Shown here: positions 62,483 to 64,000 of the stretch, one piece after another | Layout of the letters: each line of letters opens with the position of its first letter | How positions within the stretch are numbered: the stretch's first letter is position 1 | From: Felis catus | Taxonomy: Eukaryota | Direction of reading: 5' to 3' | NCBI RefSeq assembly: GCF_018350175.1 | Contig: NC_058368.1 | Location: 150,786,001 to 150,850,000 of the forward strand | DNA length: 64,000 nucleotides | Position numbers and translations under genes: made by a program | Notes under the pieces: generated by a model | What the model was told of the DNA's origin: nothing | The model's database searches: none | Seen by the model: the letters and a program-made list of their open reading frames with translations, nothing else

Positions 62483-64000
62483 TAAAATTAGCACTGTTCT
62501 GCTATGTTGCTGTGTTGTCATGGATACATAAGCATGGAACATGACTACGACCAGTAAGTAAACAAGATTCTCAAAGAGCACTTGGTAGGATATACTAACC
62601 TTGTAGTATTATTGGCCGCAGAGAACTTTAAATAAGCAAATGGTTTGTGGCTTTAAAATGACACATATCAGTGGAAGGAAAGAAGCTAGACTAATATCCA
62701 CTTTCTGTATGTGTTCATTCAATAATTTTTAGAGTAATTTAAAATTGCATAATGCCCTTTTTTCTTTACTTTCATATTACATATCAACTATTCTTGTATC
62801 GTGAACATTGTCGTTAGAATGATCAGCTTCTGTTTTCTATGGCTATCATAGTACTTTACAAGTACTAATTTTTATAATGGGAATAAAACATGTTCTTTAT
62901 GCTTATAGGGGTCTTTCAAGCAGGTATTAGGAAGACTACATTTAACATCACAGCCTTTAATGATTTTTCATTTTTGTGTTTATTTGTTATTTCCTTGAAA
63001 GCAAAGTTTACTACGCATTCAGACTAAAAAGTTAAAGTTTCACTGTAACAATGAAAACAGGGTGCTTGATTATAACAAATCAGTGTCTTATAAGGATGAG
63101 GGGATGGCAATTAAAACCTTTACGTTTGTATTTCAAAAGAGAGGAAAAATACATAGATTATTTAGAATGGACGGCTTAGTTCTGTGTATTAAAGTTAGCA
63201 GGAATAAAAGTTTGTCCCAAAATTAATTTTGCCAACTTGAATGTGATGGAAAACATTCTGATAATCGAGATAGCTTAAACTGTAAACATGTTTACCACAG
63301 ACTAATGGGTTATTAGGTCTGTGTGCATCCTGTGAAAAAAACCTTGCACACATTGTTTTTGGGGCAAGTTTCTCCTCTATGTAGTTACAGAAAGATCCCA
63401 AAGCAGGACATTTTACACATTCCACTGGGCTTTTTTAGTTTTTTGTTTGAATGAATGTATCAACAATTTGAAAAGTTGCCCAAAAAACTCAACTAGTGAG
63501 TTTTGCAAACTTTGTTTCAAATATGCATAAAGCCATGCAGATTAGGAAAAGAATAACTGTATTCCATTACAGAGAAGAATGGAAGCTGGTATATTATATT
63601 CAAAGAGTCTGAGTATTGTACAATTTTATAAATTATCCTACTCTAATTCTCACAGTGAAGAATAATTAATCTGGGGGGTGGAAGGAGGGAATGGGGTTAG
63701 TACCCTAACAAAGGTAAAAACCTCGCTGAAATGCATATGTGCAAATGTAAAGATTCTGCAATAAACCTGAGTCTACAAAAATGGCATGTGAAAATACAGA
63801 TTTGTTTCTCATCATTCCAAATAGATCTTCTCGATTTAATCTGTGAAAGATTGTTACACTGCAGGCCTCCATGAGAACTACCGCAGTTCCTTGAGGGGAC
63901 CGTCTTATTTCTATTTCCCAGATCCGTGTTTTCTCCTTTCTCAACTATTTTAAGAATTGTAAGTAAGCAGGGCTCTAAAATTCAAGTTCAGTGTGCACAG

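Noticed and set aside
218..62581. Many 60-135 aa ORFs with MAQSVK.../AQVMISRFVSSSPASGS or LSLSL/KKERKKER tracts
   Set aside because: They are translations of Can-SINEs and microsatellites, not genes.
1..64000. CRISPR arrays, tRNA/rRNA genes, operons, CpG island
   Set aside because: Mammalian DNA with no repeat-spacer array; tRNA-like A/B boxes belong to SINE heads; CpG-rich spots are young SINEs or short patches.

Overview
Mammalian, AT-rich, repeat-dense intronic/intergenic DNA, almost certainly from a felid: it carries about 23 carnivore tRNA-derived SINEs of feliform SINEC_Fc type plus carnivore L1 3' ends. No intact protein-coding gene can be named, and most of the ORF track is SINE/LINE/LTR translation or chance. 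The main features are: (1) a decayed two-LTR class I (gamma-like, ERV1) provirus on the minus strand at ~49611-57026, with PBS, splice donor, gag/pro/RT/RNase H/IN remnants, a possible env stub and PPT, carrying four nested SINEs; (2) a probable terminal exon of an unidentified plus-strand gene at 23722-~24115, with a strong acceptor and poly(A) signal and a candidate upstream micro-exon; (3) candidate minus-strand exons (41363-41463, 57312-57354) suggesting an antisense spliced transcript; (4) L1 insertion structures (5' inversion, candidate 3' transduction, micro-insertion); (5) old MIR, L2, MaLR, MER20 and L1M/HAL1 fragments and microsatellites. Repeat family names come from recalled consensus motifs, not a database search, and boundaries are approximate. 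I find no convincing novel biological system; the best leads are listed as findings.
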